From an uncultured Candidatus Saccharibacteria bacterium (lineage in GTDB: Bacteria > Patescibacteriota > CPR2_A > CAYFQT01): a stretch of 64,000 bases of DNA. Location: NCBI GenBank assembly GCA_964345445.1, contig CAYFQT010000026.1:5685-69684 (forward strand), read 5' to 3'. The notes under the pieces were generated by a model. It had not been told where the DNA came from, ran no database searches, and saw only the letters and a program-made list of their open reading frames with translations. Below, piece by piece: positions 50,036 to 60,829 of this stretch. A program made the position numbers and the translations under genes. How positions within the stretch are numbered: position 1 is the first letter of the stretch; every line of letters begins with the position of its first letter.

Positions 50036-50932
50036 ATGCCTTGGTATATATTTGGATTTTTATCTGCTTTATTTATAGGTTTGAGATTTGTAACAACAAA
50101 AAAAGTTCTCTTCCACGAACATTCTGCTGAATTTTTAGCGATTTTAGCTATTATAAATTTTATATTGGTTTCGCCTTTAGTTTTTGCTATCAAGTTAGTT
50201 TCGGTTAAAATATTAGGTTTAATTTTTATTGAAGCTTTAGTTTTAACGGCTGCTTTTTTATTTGAAATCAAATCATTTAGAGAATTTAGAATTTCTACTG
50301 TAGCCCCACTTTTGAATTTAAGTCCTTTATTTTTGGTTATCTTAGCTTATATCTTTTTGGGTGAACATCTTAATACTTTTCAATTTATAGGGATTATTAT
50401 TTTAATAGGTGGAGCTTATCTCCTAGAACCAATAAGTTTAAATCATAACAATAATTATAGCAATAAGAAGAAAAAGAAGAATAATAATCATCCTTTGGCT
50501 AATTTATTTTCTTCCCGACACTCCTTTTATTTATTTTCTGCTTTGATACTTTTAAGTGTGGTAGCGCTTTTAGATAAAGTAATTTTAGGAATGATAGATG
50601 TTTTTAATCTTATTTTTTATTCCCGAATGTTTTTTGCTTTAGATTCTTTTATTTTTTTATGTATATTTTACGATGGAGCCAAGGGTGTAAAAAATGGGTT
50701 TTCCAAAGTAGGGATTTGGATTTTTATTGTAGCCCTTTTTATGGTTTTGGGAGATTTGAGTTTTTTTAAAGCGGTAAGTTTAACTTATGTTTCTTTGGTA
50801 ATTCCTATAAGAAGACTTGCTACTTTATTTGCGGCTTTGGTAGGAGGAAAATTATTTAAAGAGGAGGGAATTTTTCGCAAGGCCATTGCCTGTATAATTA
50901 TGATTGGTGGTGCAATACTAATTGTTTTGTAG
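50036..50932 (+). CDS. multi-pass membrane protein, probably DMT/EamA-like transporter, with a low-complexity N/K loop
   Basis: About 10 predicted TM helices. Two similar halves. The NHNNNYSNKKKKKNNNH loop is encoded by an A-rich repeat. Confidence 0.5.
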   Translation: MPWYIFGFLSALFIGLRFVTTKKVLFHEHSAEFLAILAIINFILVSPLVFAIKLVSVKILGLIFIEALVLTAAFLFEIKSFREFRISTVAPLLNLSPLFLVILAYIFLGEHLNTFQFIGIIILIGGAYLLEPISLNHNNNYSNKKKKKNNNHPLANLFSSRHSFYLFSALILLSVVALLDKVILGMIDVFNLIFYSRMFFALDSFIFLCIFYDGAKGVKNGFSKVGIWIFIVALFMVLGDLSFFKAVSLTYVSLVIPIRRLATLFAALVGGKLFKEEGIFRKAIACIIMIGGAILIVL

Positions 50933-51094
50933 AAAATATTTTTTAATTTTAATAATTTAAATAGAGAGCAGATATTGCTGCTCTTTTTGTAATTTTACTA
51001 ATTACTAATAACTTATTACTCATAACTAACTATCATCTTGATAGCTGATTTTGAAAGTGGTAGAATAGAATTCAGTTAGGAATATTTTTATATT

Positions 51095-52396
51095 ATGAAA
51101 GTAGAAAAAGAAAAATTACCTAAAAGTCAAATAAAATTAACCATTAAGGTTCCTGTACATGATGTGAATAATTTTTTAGACCAAGCTTATAGACGCTTGG
51201 CTGAAAAAGTGAAAATTCCTGGTTTTCGTCCTGGAAAAGCTCCTCGTTTTATGATAGATCAAGAGGTAGGTACAGACAAAGTTCAGGAACAGACTTTAGA
51301 AATTGCTGTATCTCAAACATATTTTCAAGCAGTATCTTCTGAGAAAATTGTTCCAATTGCCAAACCAGAAGTGAAAATTTTAAAATTTGCCAAAGGCAAT
51401 TCCTTAGTATATGAGGCGATAGTTCCAATAATGCCTGAGGTTATCTTAGACGACTACAAGAAGAAAGTTGGTTCTTTATCTTTAAAACCTGAAAAAATTT
51501 CAGTTGGTCAAAAAGATATAGATGAGGCTCTTTTAGGTCTGCAAAAAAGTAAAGCAGAATTTATTTCAACATCTCGATCCGCTCGTAAAGGCGATAGAGT
51601 AGAGATTGATTTTGATGCTTCAATTAATAGGGTCCCTTTGGAAAAAGGCAAAAGCAGGAATCACCCACTTATAATTGGAGATGGAATGTTTGTTCCAGGA
51701 TTTGAAGATAATTTAATTGGAATGAAAAAAAATGAGAAAAAAGAATTTTCCATTGTTTTTCCTAAAGATTATCTCAAGAGAGAATTGGCAGGTGAAAAAG
51801 TAGATTTTAAAGTTCTCCTAAAAGATATTCGAGAAGTTAAATTACCTCCTTTGAATGATAAGTTTGCAAAAGAAGTAACCAAAATAGATTCTCTTTCGGA
51901 ACTTAAAGAAGATATTAAAAAAAGATTGCAAATAGAGAAAGAAAAAAGACAAAAAATAGAGTTTGAATCAAAAATAATAGAAGAAGTTGTGAATTGTGCC
52001 CGTACAGAGACACCGGAGATTTTAGTAGAAGAAGAAATTAAATCAATGATTTCCGAATTAAAAAATCGATTAGAAAATCAAGGATTAAAATTGGAACAAT
52101 ATTTAAAAAATATTAAAAAGAAGGAGGAAGATTTAAAACAAGAATATAAAAAAGAGGCGGAAAAAAGAATTAAAACTGCGTTAGTATTGAATAAAATAGC
52201 CCTTAAAGAGAAAATTAAAGTTACAGATAAAGATGTACAAAATGAGTTTGATAGGATGATTAAAGCTTATCCTCAAGAGGTAGATAAGATAAAAGAAAAA
52301 CTTTCTTCTGATAAAGATAAGCAGTATGTAAGAAATATCTTGCGGAATCAAAAAACAATAAAAAGATTAATGGAATTAGCAAATAGAAATGACTAA
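51095..52396 (+). CDS. tig: trigger factor
   Basis: N-terminal ribosome-binding domain (GFRPGKAPR), FKBP-like PPIase middle domain, C-terminal helical arms. 433 aa. Confidence 0.85.
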   Translation: MKVEKEKLPKSQIKLTIKVPVHDVNNFLDQAYRRLAEKVKIPGFRPGKAPRFMIDQEVGTDKVQEQTLEIAVSQTYFQAVSSEKIVPIAKPEVKILKFAKGNSLVYEAIVPIMPEVILDDYKKKVGSLSLKPEKISVGQKDIDEALLGLQKSKAEFISTSRSARKGDRVEIDFDASINRVPLEKGKSRNHPLIIGDGMFVPGFEDNLIGMKKNEKKEFSIVFPKDYLKRELAGEKVDFKVLLKDIREVKLPPLNDKFAKEVTKIDSLSELKEDIKKRLQIEKEKRQKIEFESKIIEEVVNCARTETPEILVEEEIKSMISELKNRLENQGLKLEQYLKNIKKKEEDLKQEYKKEAEKRIKTALVLNKIALKEKIKVTDKDVQNEFDRMIKAYPQEVDKIKEKLSSDKDKQYVRNILRNQKTIKRLMELANRND

Positions 52397-52724
52397 TGAC
52401 CAATTACTAATTCTTAATCAAATCCTAATGATAAATAAAAATGTCAAATGACTAATTTTAAAATACCAAATAAAATCCAAATGGCTAATGACAAAATATT
52501 TAGAAATTTAATAATTTATTTATTGATTTGGCATTTGGATTTTGATATTAGACATTAATTAGACTTACTTTGACTTGCCGAAGGCGAGGCAGGCATTAGG
52601 TCAACCTGTGACTAATGCAAGCATAGTGTTGCAGGCGGGTTAGAAATTAGAAATTTTACATATATGCTATCAATTATTATTTGTATAAAGTTTAGCGTTA
52701 TTTTGTGTTTAAAAGGAGGGAGAT

Positions 52725-53336
52725 ATGCAATCTAAAAAAATTAAACCAACAAATCAACTTATTCCATTAGTTGTTGAGAAGACACCAGTGGGGGAAAGAG
52801 CCTATGATATTTTTTCCAGGTTACTAAAAGAGAGAATTATATTTTTAGGAATGCCTATTACTGATGATATAGCTAATTTAATAATAGCTCAACTTTTGTT
52901 TTTAGAAAGCGAAGATGATAAAAAAGATATTTCCGTTTATATTAATACCCCTGGAGGAGTGGCAACTTCGGCTTTGGCTATTTATGATACTATACAATAT
53001 ATCAAACCTGATGTTTCTACAATTTGTGTGGGAATGGCTGCTTCAGCAGGAGCTGTACTCCTAGCTACTGGTGCCAAAGGCAAACGTTATGCCTTACCTA
53101 CTGCCAGGATAATGCTTCACCAAGCAATGGGCGCCGCTGAAGGTCCAGCAAAGGATGTAGAAATTCGGACAAAGGAATTAGTAAGAATAAAAAATATTGT
53201 TGATAAAATTTTAGCCAAACATACAGGACAGTCTTTAGGTAGGATTCAAAAAGATACTGATCGAGATTTCTTTATGTCTACTGAGGAAGCTAAAAAATAT
53301 GGTATTATTGATGATATAATCGTTTCCAAGAAATAA
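52725..53336 (+). CDS. clpP: ATP-dependent Clp protease proteolytic subunit
   Basis: Catalytic triad context [11 protein letters not shown] (Ser), MLHQAMG (His) and D. RBS AAAGGAGGGAG. Confidence 0.9.
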   Translation: MQSKKIKPTNQLIPLVVEKTPVGERAYDIFSRLLKERIIFLGMPITDDIANLIIAQLLFLESEDDKKDISVYINTPGGVATSALAIYDTIQYIKPDVSTICVGMAASAGAVLLATGAKGKRYALPTARIMLHQAMGAAEGPAKDVEIRTKELVRIKNIVDKILAKHTGQSLGRIQKDTDRDFFMSTEEAKKYGIIDDIIVSKK

Positions 53337-53456
53337 TAATATATTTACGAGAAATTATTTTTATAAAAAAATGCACATGCTATAAAAACAAGGGGTTAAA
53401 CATCATCAGGCCCTGCAATATTTATTTATATTTTACTTAATAAATAGGCAGTTATT

Positions 53457-54161
53457 ATGTTTCTTACCGATTATACTTTTGAAGATGTGGAGAAATATCT
53501 TAAAAAACGACAAGATATTATTATTCCCTTTGGCTCAATAGAAGCCCATGGACCTCATTTGCCATTAGGTTGTGATACCTATATCATTGATGCTATATTA
53601 AAAGAAGTTTCTAAAAAATCAGAAATTATGATTGCTCCAACAACCCCTTTTACTTTGGTGCGAGTTTTAGATTATATGCCCGGGTCAGTAAATATGGATT
53701 TTTCTGCTTGCAAAAAATATTATAAAAGTATTTTTAATTCATTTATTGATAAAGGATTTAGAAAAATTATTATTGTTTCTTATCATGCAGATACTGTAAA
53801 TATGGTTTCTACTCGAGAAGCTGCTTATGAGATTTTAAAAGTAAAAAAGGATACGCAGTTTAAAAGAATTAAAATTTGGGGATTAATAGAAAAGGCCGCT
53901 TGTAAGAAAAAAATTATTAAAGAGGAAGATCAAATTCATGCTGGAGAATCAGAGACTTCCTTGATGGTATATATAAATTCTAAATTAGTTAAGAAAAATA
54001 AAATTAAAGATTCAAAAGTTCAATATGATGAGTCATCTTTATTATATCCTTTAGGAAAGCCTAAATCCGGGGTTTTTGGCAGCCCTTCCTTGGCTTCTAA
54101 AGAAAAAGGAAAAAACTTATTTAAAATAGGGGTGGAAGAAATTTTGAAAATATTAAAATAA
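53457..54161 (+). CDS. creatininase (creatinine amidohydrolase) family protein
   Basis: IIPFGSIEAHGPHLPLGCDTYI matches the creatininase-family metal-binding N-terminal motif. Confidence 0.65.
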   Translation: MFLTDYTFEDVEKYLKKRQDIIIPFGSIEAHGPHLPLGCDTYIIDAILKEVSKKSEIMIAPTTPFTLVRVLDYMPGSVNMDFSACKKYYKSIFNSFIDKGFRKIIIVSYHADTVNMVSTREAAYEILKVKKDTQFKRIKIWGLIEKAACKKKIIKEEDQIHAGESETSLMVYINSKLVKKNKIKDSKVQYDESSLLYPLGKPKSGVFGSPSLASKEKGKNLFKIGVEEILKILK

Positions 54162-54270
54162 TTTAAAAAAATTCATAATCTATTTATTTACTTGCGAAAA
54201 TTTTCAATTTTCGCAAAAGAGGAGAAGTAAACTGAAAACGAAGGCAATTCTTTGTAAAAGGACTGCCGAA

Positions 54271-55260
54271 GTGGAAGGTTTACTTGGACGAATGAAAGCA
54301 ATTGATATCTACAAATTAGCAATTAAAATGGGTATTGATACTGACCCTAGAGGCAAAAAAGAAATTGAAAAACAAACTAAGCGATTAAAGAATAAGTATA
54401 AGAAACTAGAAAAAGAACAAAAAGAAGAATTTGATAAAGAAAGATTTACTAATCCTTATTCTGACACTCGATTTCTAACCGGTAATTTAGGTAAAGAAGT
54501 TAAAACAGTTTTAGTAGGAATTGATATAAATCCTTCAGAGATTATTTTAGCTGACAGATTAGCTGAAAAAGGTAAAAAAATTGATTTAATTATTTCTCAT
54601 CATCCTTCAGGAAAGGCCTTAGCTGGTTTGGATGAGGTTGTACATCTTCAAGAGGATTTAATGAATAAATATGGTGTTCCTATAAATGTGGCAGAAGACC
54701 TGTTGGCAAAAAGAATTGCGGAAGTATCAAGAACTATAGCCCCTGTGAATCATAATAGAACTTTAGATACAGCGAAGCTTTTAGGATATTCTTTAATGTG
54801 TATTCATACCCCAGCTGATAATTTAGTTTATGATTTTGTCCAGCTTTTTCTTGATAAGAAGAAACCAGGAAAAGTAGGTGAATTGGTGAAATTATTAAAA
54901 ACTATTCCAGAATACAAAGAGGCCACAAAAATTAAAGCTGGACCAAGGATTTTTGTAGGAGACGAAGAAAGGAGAACAGGAAAAATTGCTGTAACGGAAA
55001 TGACAGGTGGCACAGAAGGAGCTAAAGAAATATATGAGAAATTGTCCATTGCCGGAGTGGGAACTATTGTGGGTATGCATATGGCTGAAGAGAACAAAGA
55101 AGAAGCGGAGAAAAACCATATAAATGTTGTTATTGCAGGACATATCGCTTCTGATTCTTTAGGAATGAATTTATTTTTAGATAAACTAGAAGCAAAAGGT
55201 ATTAAAATTATTCCTTGTGCTGGATTAATTAGAATAAATAGAGTCAAAAAGAAAAGATAA
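54271..55260 (+). CDS. Nif3-like dinuclear metal centre protein with K/E-rich N-terminal extension
   Basis: DLIISHHP... and a C-terminal His cluster (HMAEE...AGHIASD) consistent with NIF3/YqfO. Confidence 0.5.
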   Translation: MEGLLGRMKAIDIYKLAIKMGIDTDPRGKKEIEKQTKRLKNKYKKLEKEQKEEFDKERFTNPYSDTRFLTGNLGKEVKTVLVGIDINPSEIILADRLAEKGKKIDLIISHHPSGKALAGLDEVVHLQEDLMNKYGVPINVAEDLLAKRIAEVSRTIAPVNHNRTLDTAKLLGYSLMCIHTPADNLVYDFVQLFLDKKKPGKVGELVKLLKTIPEYKEATKIKAGPRIFVGDEERRTGKIAVTEMTGGTEGAKEIYEKLSIAGVGTIVGMHMAEENKEEAEKNHINVVIAGHIASDSLGMNLFLDKLEAKGIKIIPCAGLIRINRVKKKR

Positions 55261-55812
55261 AAGTTACAGAAGAACAAAATAACAAGAGAACTGAAGAACC
55301 AAATAGCCAACAAACAAAAAATATAATTGTTATTCTGTTAGTGAGTTATTTAGTTATTAAGTTTATTGAAGCTTGACTTTTCTATTGGGTATGTTATTTT
55401 TAAATATCCCATTTTTTTGTTCTTTAAAAAGCAATATTGGAAGAGGATTTGTAAAGACAAAATCAAACCTTATTTAGGAGGTTGAGTGAAATGAGTAAAG
55501 AAAAACTTTCAAATAATGAAATAGCAGAGTAAGTAGGCAAGCGAGCTAGATTTGTTTTATAATGTCCATATACAGAAACTATTACTAACTGTGGTGGTTT
55601 GCCATTTTTTCCTTGTAATCATCCAAAGTCAGCATTATATTTTGGTAAAGATGAAGGTGAATCAATTTGTGTAATATATGAAATGGTTATGGGTAGTAAT
55701 AGAGGCGATTTTGGAGTTGGACAATGTCGTATTAAAGATGACTAGTTTTTTTCTAGTCGCTACTGTTCAAGAAAGATATAGTTTGAGAATTTTATTTAGG
55801 AGGGATGAAATA

Positions 55813-56187
55813 ATGAAAGCAGAAACCCGTATTCGTAAAGATGAAGTAATAGTAGAAAATGCTTGTAAAGCAGTATTAAATGGTTTGAGCTCTATAACTA
55901 TATGGGATTTTCCCAGTAGTAATGTTCAAGAAGTTCATATTGATAGTTCTTTATGTTTTGGAATTACCTTAAAAAGTGGTTATAGAGTTTTCTTTAAACG
56001 AGAAAAAAGGTCCAGAAATTTTGTAGTATCGCGATGCGGTGCTTCAGATTCTGATTTTGCTTGGGCATGTCTTTCAAAAGACGAAAAATGGGTACCTATT
56101 AAACATTTCGATGACAAGATACCAAAGAATGCTCTAAGAATTCCAGTTTTTGGACTGGAAAGAGTAACAGAAGAGATAGCCAGCTGA
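55813..56187 (+). CDS. hypothetical protein, paralog 1 of a tandem pair
   Basis: RBS AGGAGGG 8 nt before the ATG. The C-terminus ...NALRIPVFGLERVTEEIAS is shared with the next gene. Confidence 0.45.
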   Translation: MKAETRIRKDEVIVENACKAVLNGLSSITIWDFPSSNVQEVHIDSSLCFGITLKSGYRVFFKREKRSRNFVVSRCGASDSDFAWACLSKDEKWVPIKHFDDKIPKNALRIPVFGLERVTEEIAS

Positions 56188-56211
56188 TATTTAGAATATA
56201 ATTTAGGAGGG

Positions 56212-56646
56212 ATGGAAATGAAGGCAAAGGTTCAAACAGGGTATTTTCATGGAAAAGTCTCAGTGAATCATAGCCAAGTAGGTGAAACTGAGATAAGCGG
56301 TGAGAGAAATTTTTACACTATATTTACTGATATTGGAAGCAAAACAGGTGAGATAATTAAAGAAGTCCAAGTTGATCTTGATGATCCTGTGAAGTTCGCA
56401 ATTGAAAGAAAAGATGGATATATTATTTATATTGAACAAGAAATCAGTAATAGCAATCCAGAAAATATCATTATTACGAGATGTCGCAGCAAAAAAGATG
56501 GAAGCCTAGATTTGGATAGTGCTGAATATCTATCACAGCGAAGAGAATGGATCAAGAAACCAGAAGGCTATGGTCGGTTGCCAGACAATACTTTGAGGAT
56601 TCCGTTGTTATTATTGGAAAAAGTGCCAGAAGAAGTGAAAAATTAG
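56212..56646 (+). CDS. hypothetical protein, paralog 2 of a tandem pair
   Basis: Identical RBS context TTTAGGAGGGATGGAAATG. C-terminus ...NTLRIPLLLLEKVPEEVKN. A long imperfect hairpin + T-run terminator follows at 56660-56730. Confidence 0.45.
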   Translation: MEMKAKVQTGYFHGKVSVNHSQVGETEISGERNFYTIFTDIGSKTGEIIKEVQVDLDDPVKFAIERKDGYIIYIEQEISNSNPENIIITRCRSKKDGSLDLDSAEYLSQRREWIKKPEGYGRLPDNTLRIPLLLLEKVPEEVKN

Positions 56647-57283
56647 TTTAAAAATTTCAGGGTCAATTCGGTGAGATTTTGTTTATATATGTTGAAATAA
56701 GCTGAAATCTTGCAGTCTTGACCCTCTTTTTTATATTAATTCTATTTACAAATATACGCGATCGCGGTATATTGTTAATGATTATTAATAAGAAATGTTA
56801 TTTTTGTTGCCTTTGTTACTTTTGTTACATCTGTTATTTCACCCCTTGCATTGCTTTTTCTTTTTGTGTATAGTAAAATATGTTATAATAAAGATAGTTC
56901 AAATTGTTCAATCGTTTGTTTTACTCACTTATTCAGAATGTTCAAATTGTTGTCATGAATTTCTCTCGAATTATATCGAATTAAATCCCGAATTTGAACA
57001 CGAATAGAATATTCGAGTATTATTTGTGTAGATATTCGCATACTATTGGAGAATGATTCGTGAAATTTCCTTAATTGACATTATTTTTAGATATATGTTA
57101 GACTAAAAAAGGTGGGTTTTATTCTAAGAGACAAGTAATTGAATATTTTTATATAACCTCGTTTTTTCTTTGATTATAAGGGAAGAGAAGGAGGGATATT
57201 TTCTATTTGTTAGTTAGATTAATATTAATATTGAAAAGTAAAGTGTAACCAATTTATAAAACAATAAATGAGGGAAATAAATT

Positions 57284-60200
57284 ATGAGAAAGGATTTTAC
57301 CAAGACTAAAGAAATTTTTCCTTTACCTAACTTAATTTCCATTCAGATTAACTCTTATAATTGGTTTTTATCTGAAGGTCTTCGTGAATTATTTGACGAA
57401 GTTACTCCTATAAAAGATGCTAAAGATAATTTAGAGTTACATATTTTGGACTATTTTTTACAAGAACCTGAATTTGACGATGAGACAGCGCGCAGACGGA
57501 ATATAACCTATGAAGCTCCTTTAAAGGTAAAGGTACGTCTTATAAATAAAAGGACTAAGGAGACCAAGGAACAGGAGGTATTTTTTGGTGATTTTCCCAA
57601 AATGACTTCCAAAGGAACTTTTGTAATTAATGGAATAGAAAGATTGGTGGTTTCTCAATTAGTTCGTTCTCCAGGAGTATTTTTTACTTCTGAACCAGGA
57701 CCTTTAAGAGAACTATTTGGAGCTAAAATTATCCCTATTCGAGGAGATTGGTTTGAGATAGATACTAATTCCAAAGGGGTTATTTCAGCAAGAATAAATA
57801 GAGGCCGAAAAATTCCTATAACGACATTATTAAGAGCTTTAGGTTTTAGTACAGACCAACAAATTTTTGACCTCTTTCGTGATGTGAATACAGATCCAGA
57901 AAGAGATTATATCAAAGCAACTATAGAAAAAGATCCTGCTAAATCAGTTGATGAAGGATTAGTGGAAGTATATAAGCGAATTCGTCCTGGTGAGTTAGCT
58001 ACCCCTGATAATGCTCGTCAACTTATCCAATCTAGATTTTTTAATTTTAGACAGTATGATTTAGGAAAGGTGGGTCGATATAAAATCAACAAAAGACTTG
58101 GACTTTCATTTCCTTGCGATTTTAAACACAGGCTATTACAGAAAGAAGATTTAGTTGCTATAATTTCCGAACTTATTCAATTAAATAATGGTATAGGTGA
58201 AGCTGATGATATTGATCATTTGGGTAACAGAAGAGTGAGAACAGTGGGAGAACTTATTCAGAAAAATTTCAGAGTGGGGATTCTAAGAATAGAGCGGATT
58301 ATTAAAGATAGAATGAGTGTTTCTGACCTAGAGACTGTAACCCCCGCTCAGCTTATTAATGTTCGTCCTATTATTGCTGCAATACAAGAGTTTTTTGCTT
58401 CTTCTCAACTTTCTCAATTTATGGATCAGACTAATCCTTTATCGGAATTAGGGCATAAAAGACGATTGTCAGCTATGGGCCCTGGAGGGCTTTCGCGAGA
58501 GCGAGCTAGTTTTGAAGTCCGAGATGTACATCGTTCTCACTATGGTCGTATTTGTCCTATTGAAACTCCAGAAGGTCCTAATATTGGATTAGTAAATTCT
58601 TTAGCTTGTTATGCCAAAATTAATGAATATGGATTCATTGAAACCCCTTATAGAAAAGTTTTAAATAAAGTTAAAAATGATTCCAAACATACAACAGGTC
58701 ATATAGCTTGGAAGTCAATTTCCGATCCTAAAACTGGAAAGGGAATATTAAAAGCAGGGCAGAAAATAACTACTCAAATAGCTAAAAGAATAGCCAAACT
58801 CCCTATTCCCGAAATTCTTATAAAGACCAAGGTTACTTCAGAAGTAGTTTATTTAGACGCTGATGAAGAAGACAAAGTAATTATTGCTCAAGCTAATGCT
58901 CGATTAGACTCAGAAGGATACTTTTTGGATGATAAGGTTTCAGTAAGAAGATATGGGCAGCCAGATATAGAATCAGTGGGAAGGATAGATTATATGGATG
59001 TTTCTTCTAAACAAATTGCTTCTATAACTACAGCCATGATTCCTTTCTTGGGGCATGATGACGGATCAAGAGCTCAGATGGGTTCTAATATGATGAGGCA
59101 AGCAGTGCCACTGGTAAAATCTGAATCTCCTCTTGTTGGAACTGGTATAGAAAAAAGAGTTGCTTTAGATTCAGGACAAGTAGTTATTTGCAAACGGGAT
59201 GGTAAAGTCCAAGATGCTAATACTTTACAGATTGTAGTTTCTAAAAAAGGTAAAAAAGATATTTATTCTCTTTCTAAATTTGTTAGATCCAATCAAGGTA
59301 CTTGTATTAATCAAAATCCAATAGTTTCTGAAGGTCAAAAAGTGAAGAAAGGAGATATATTAGCAGACAGTTTTTCCACCGATTGTGGAGAAATTGCTTT
59401 AGGGAAAAATATTTTTGTAGCCTTTATGCCTTGGGGTGGAGGTAATTTTGAAGATGCTATTTTAATTTCTGAGAGATTAGTAAAAGAAGACTTATATACC
59501 TCTATTCACATTGAAAGATTTTCTATAGAGGTTAGAGATACTAAATTAGGACCTGAGGTTATAACTTGTGATATTCCTAATGTAGGTGAAGAAAGTCTTA
59601 AAGATTTAGATTCAGAAGGTATAATCCGTATTGGTGCAGAAGTTAACCCTAATGATATATTAGTAGGTAAAATTACCCCGAAGGGGGAGACCGAACTTAC
59701 TGCTGAGGAAAGATTACTCCGGGCTATTTTTGGAGAAAAAGCTCGAGATGTGAAAGATACTTCCCTACGTCTTCCTCATGGAGAAAGGGGTAAGGTAGTA
59801 GACATTAAGATTTTTTCTAAAGATAAAGGTGATAATCTTCCGGTAGGAGTTAGTAAGTTAATTGAAGTTTCTGTGGCCCAAATGCGAAAAATTACTGTTG
59901 GTGATAAAATGGCTGGTCGTCATGGGAATAAAGGGGTTATTTCTAGAATTTTACCTGAGGAAGATATGCCATATTTAGAAGACGGAACCCCTGTGGATAT
60001 TATTTTAAATCCTTTAGGAGTAACTTCTCGAATGAACATTGGACAAATTTTAGAAACCCATCTGGGATGGGCAGCTAAATTATTAGGATATAAAGTTGCT
60101 ATTCCTACTTTAGGTGGATTGAAAGAAGATTTTGTTAAAGGTGAGCTTGAAAAAGCTAATTTACCTTCTTCTGGCAAAGTACAACTTTATGATGGAAGAA

Positions 60201-60658
60201 CAGGAGATCCTTTTGATCAAAAGACTACTGTGGGTTACATTTATATGATGAAACTTCACCATTTAGTGGAGGATAAAGTTCATGCTCGATCAATAGGTCC
60301 TTATTCTTTGGTTACTCAGCAACCATTAGGAGGAAAAGCTCAATTTGGCGGTCAGCGTTTTGGAGAAATGGAAGTTTGGGCATTAGAAGCTTATGGAGTA
60401 GCTAATACTTTACAAGAAATGTTAACTGTAAAATCTGATGATGTTGTGGGGAGGTCTAAAACTTATGAAGCAATTATAAAAGGTGAGAAGATTAAAAAAC
60501 CTCATACTCCAGAATCATTTAATGTTTTAGTAAAAGAGCTACAGAGTTTAGGTTTAAAGGTAGATTTAATTTCTAAATTAGAAGATAGGAAAAAAGAAAC
60601 AAAAGAAGTTGTAGAAGTATCAAAAAAGATTTCTGAGAAGCTGGGAGTTAAGAAGTAA
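57284..60658 (+). CDS. rpoB: DNA-directed RNA polymerase subunit beta
   Basis: Canonical rpoB blocks (rifampicin cluster region [42 protein letters not shown]). 1124 aa. Confidence 0.95.
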   Translation: MRKDFTKTKEIFPLPNLISIQINSYNWFLSEGLRELFDEVTPIKDAKDNLELHILDYFLQEPEFDDETARRRNITYEAPLKVKVRLINKRTKETKEQEVFFGDFPKMTSKGTFVINGIERLVVSQLVRSPGVFFTSEPGPLRELFGAKIIPIRGDWFEIDTNSKGVISARINRGRKIPITTLLRALGFSTDQQIFDLFRDVNTDPERDYIKATIEKDPAKSVDEGLVEVYKRIRPGELATPDNARQLIQSRFFNFRQYDLGKVGRYKINKRLGLSFPCDFKHRLLQKEDLVAIISELIQLNNGIGEADDIDHLGNRRVRTVGELIQKNFRVGILRIERIIKDRMSVSDLETVTPAQLINVRPIIAAIQEFFASSQLSQFMDQTNPLSELGHKRRLSAMGPGGLSRERASFEVRDVHRSHYGRICPIETPEGPNIGLVNSLACYAKINEYGFIETPYRKVLNKVKNDSKHTTGHIAWKSISDPKTGKGILKAGQKITTQIAKRIAKLPIPEILIKTKVTSEVVYLDADEEDKVIIAQANARLDSEGYFLDDKVSVRRYGQPDIESVGRIDYMDVSSKQIASITTAMIPFLGHDDGSRAQMGSNMMRQAVPLVKSESPLVGTGIEKRVALDSGQVVICKRDGKVQDANTLQIVVSKKGKKDIYSLSKFVRSNQGTCINQNPIVSEGQKVKKGDILADSFSTDCGEIALGKNIFVAFMPWGGGNFEDAILISERLVKEDLYTSIHIERFSIEVRDTKLGPEVITCDIPNVGEESLKDLDSEGIIRIGAEVNPNDILVGKITPKGETELTAEERLLRAIFGEKARDVKDTSLRLPHGERGKVVDIKIFSKDKGDNLPVGVSKLIEVSVAQMRKITVGDKMAGRHGNKGVISRILPEEDMPYLEDGTPVDIILNPLGVTSRMNIGQILETHLGWAAKLLGYKVAIPTLGGLKEDFVKGELEKANLPSSGKVQLYDGRTGDPFDQKTTVGYIYMMKLHHLVEDKVHARSIGPYSLVTQQPLGGKAQFGGQRFGEMEVWALEAYGVANTLQEMLTVKSDDVVGRSKTYEAIIKGEKIKKPHTPESFNVLVKELQSLGLKVDLISKLEDRKKETKEVVEVSKKISEKLGVKK

Positions 60659-60829
60659 GCAGCTTCGTCTGTTCAGATTGTTTAATCTTTCGTTTCACTC
60701 ACTTGTTCAAATTGTTCAAATTGAACAAGCGACTCCGATAAATATCGGAGGAGCGATTGAACAAACGAAGTCTCGCTGAGCGAGACGAAGTGATTGAACA
60801 TATTAACGTAACTAAAAGGAGCAAATTGA

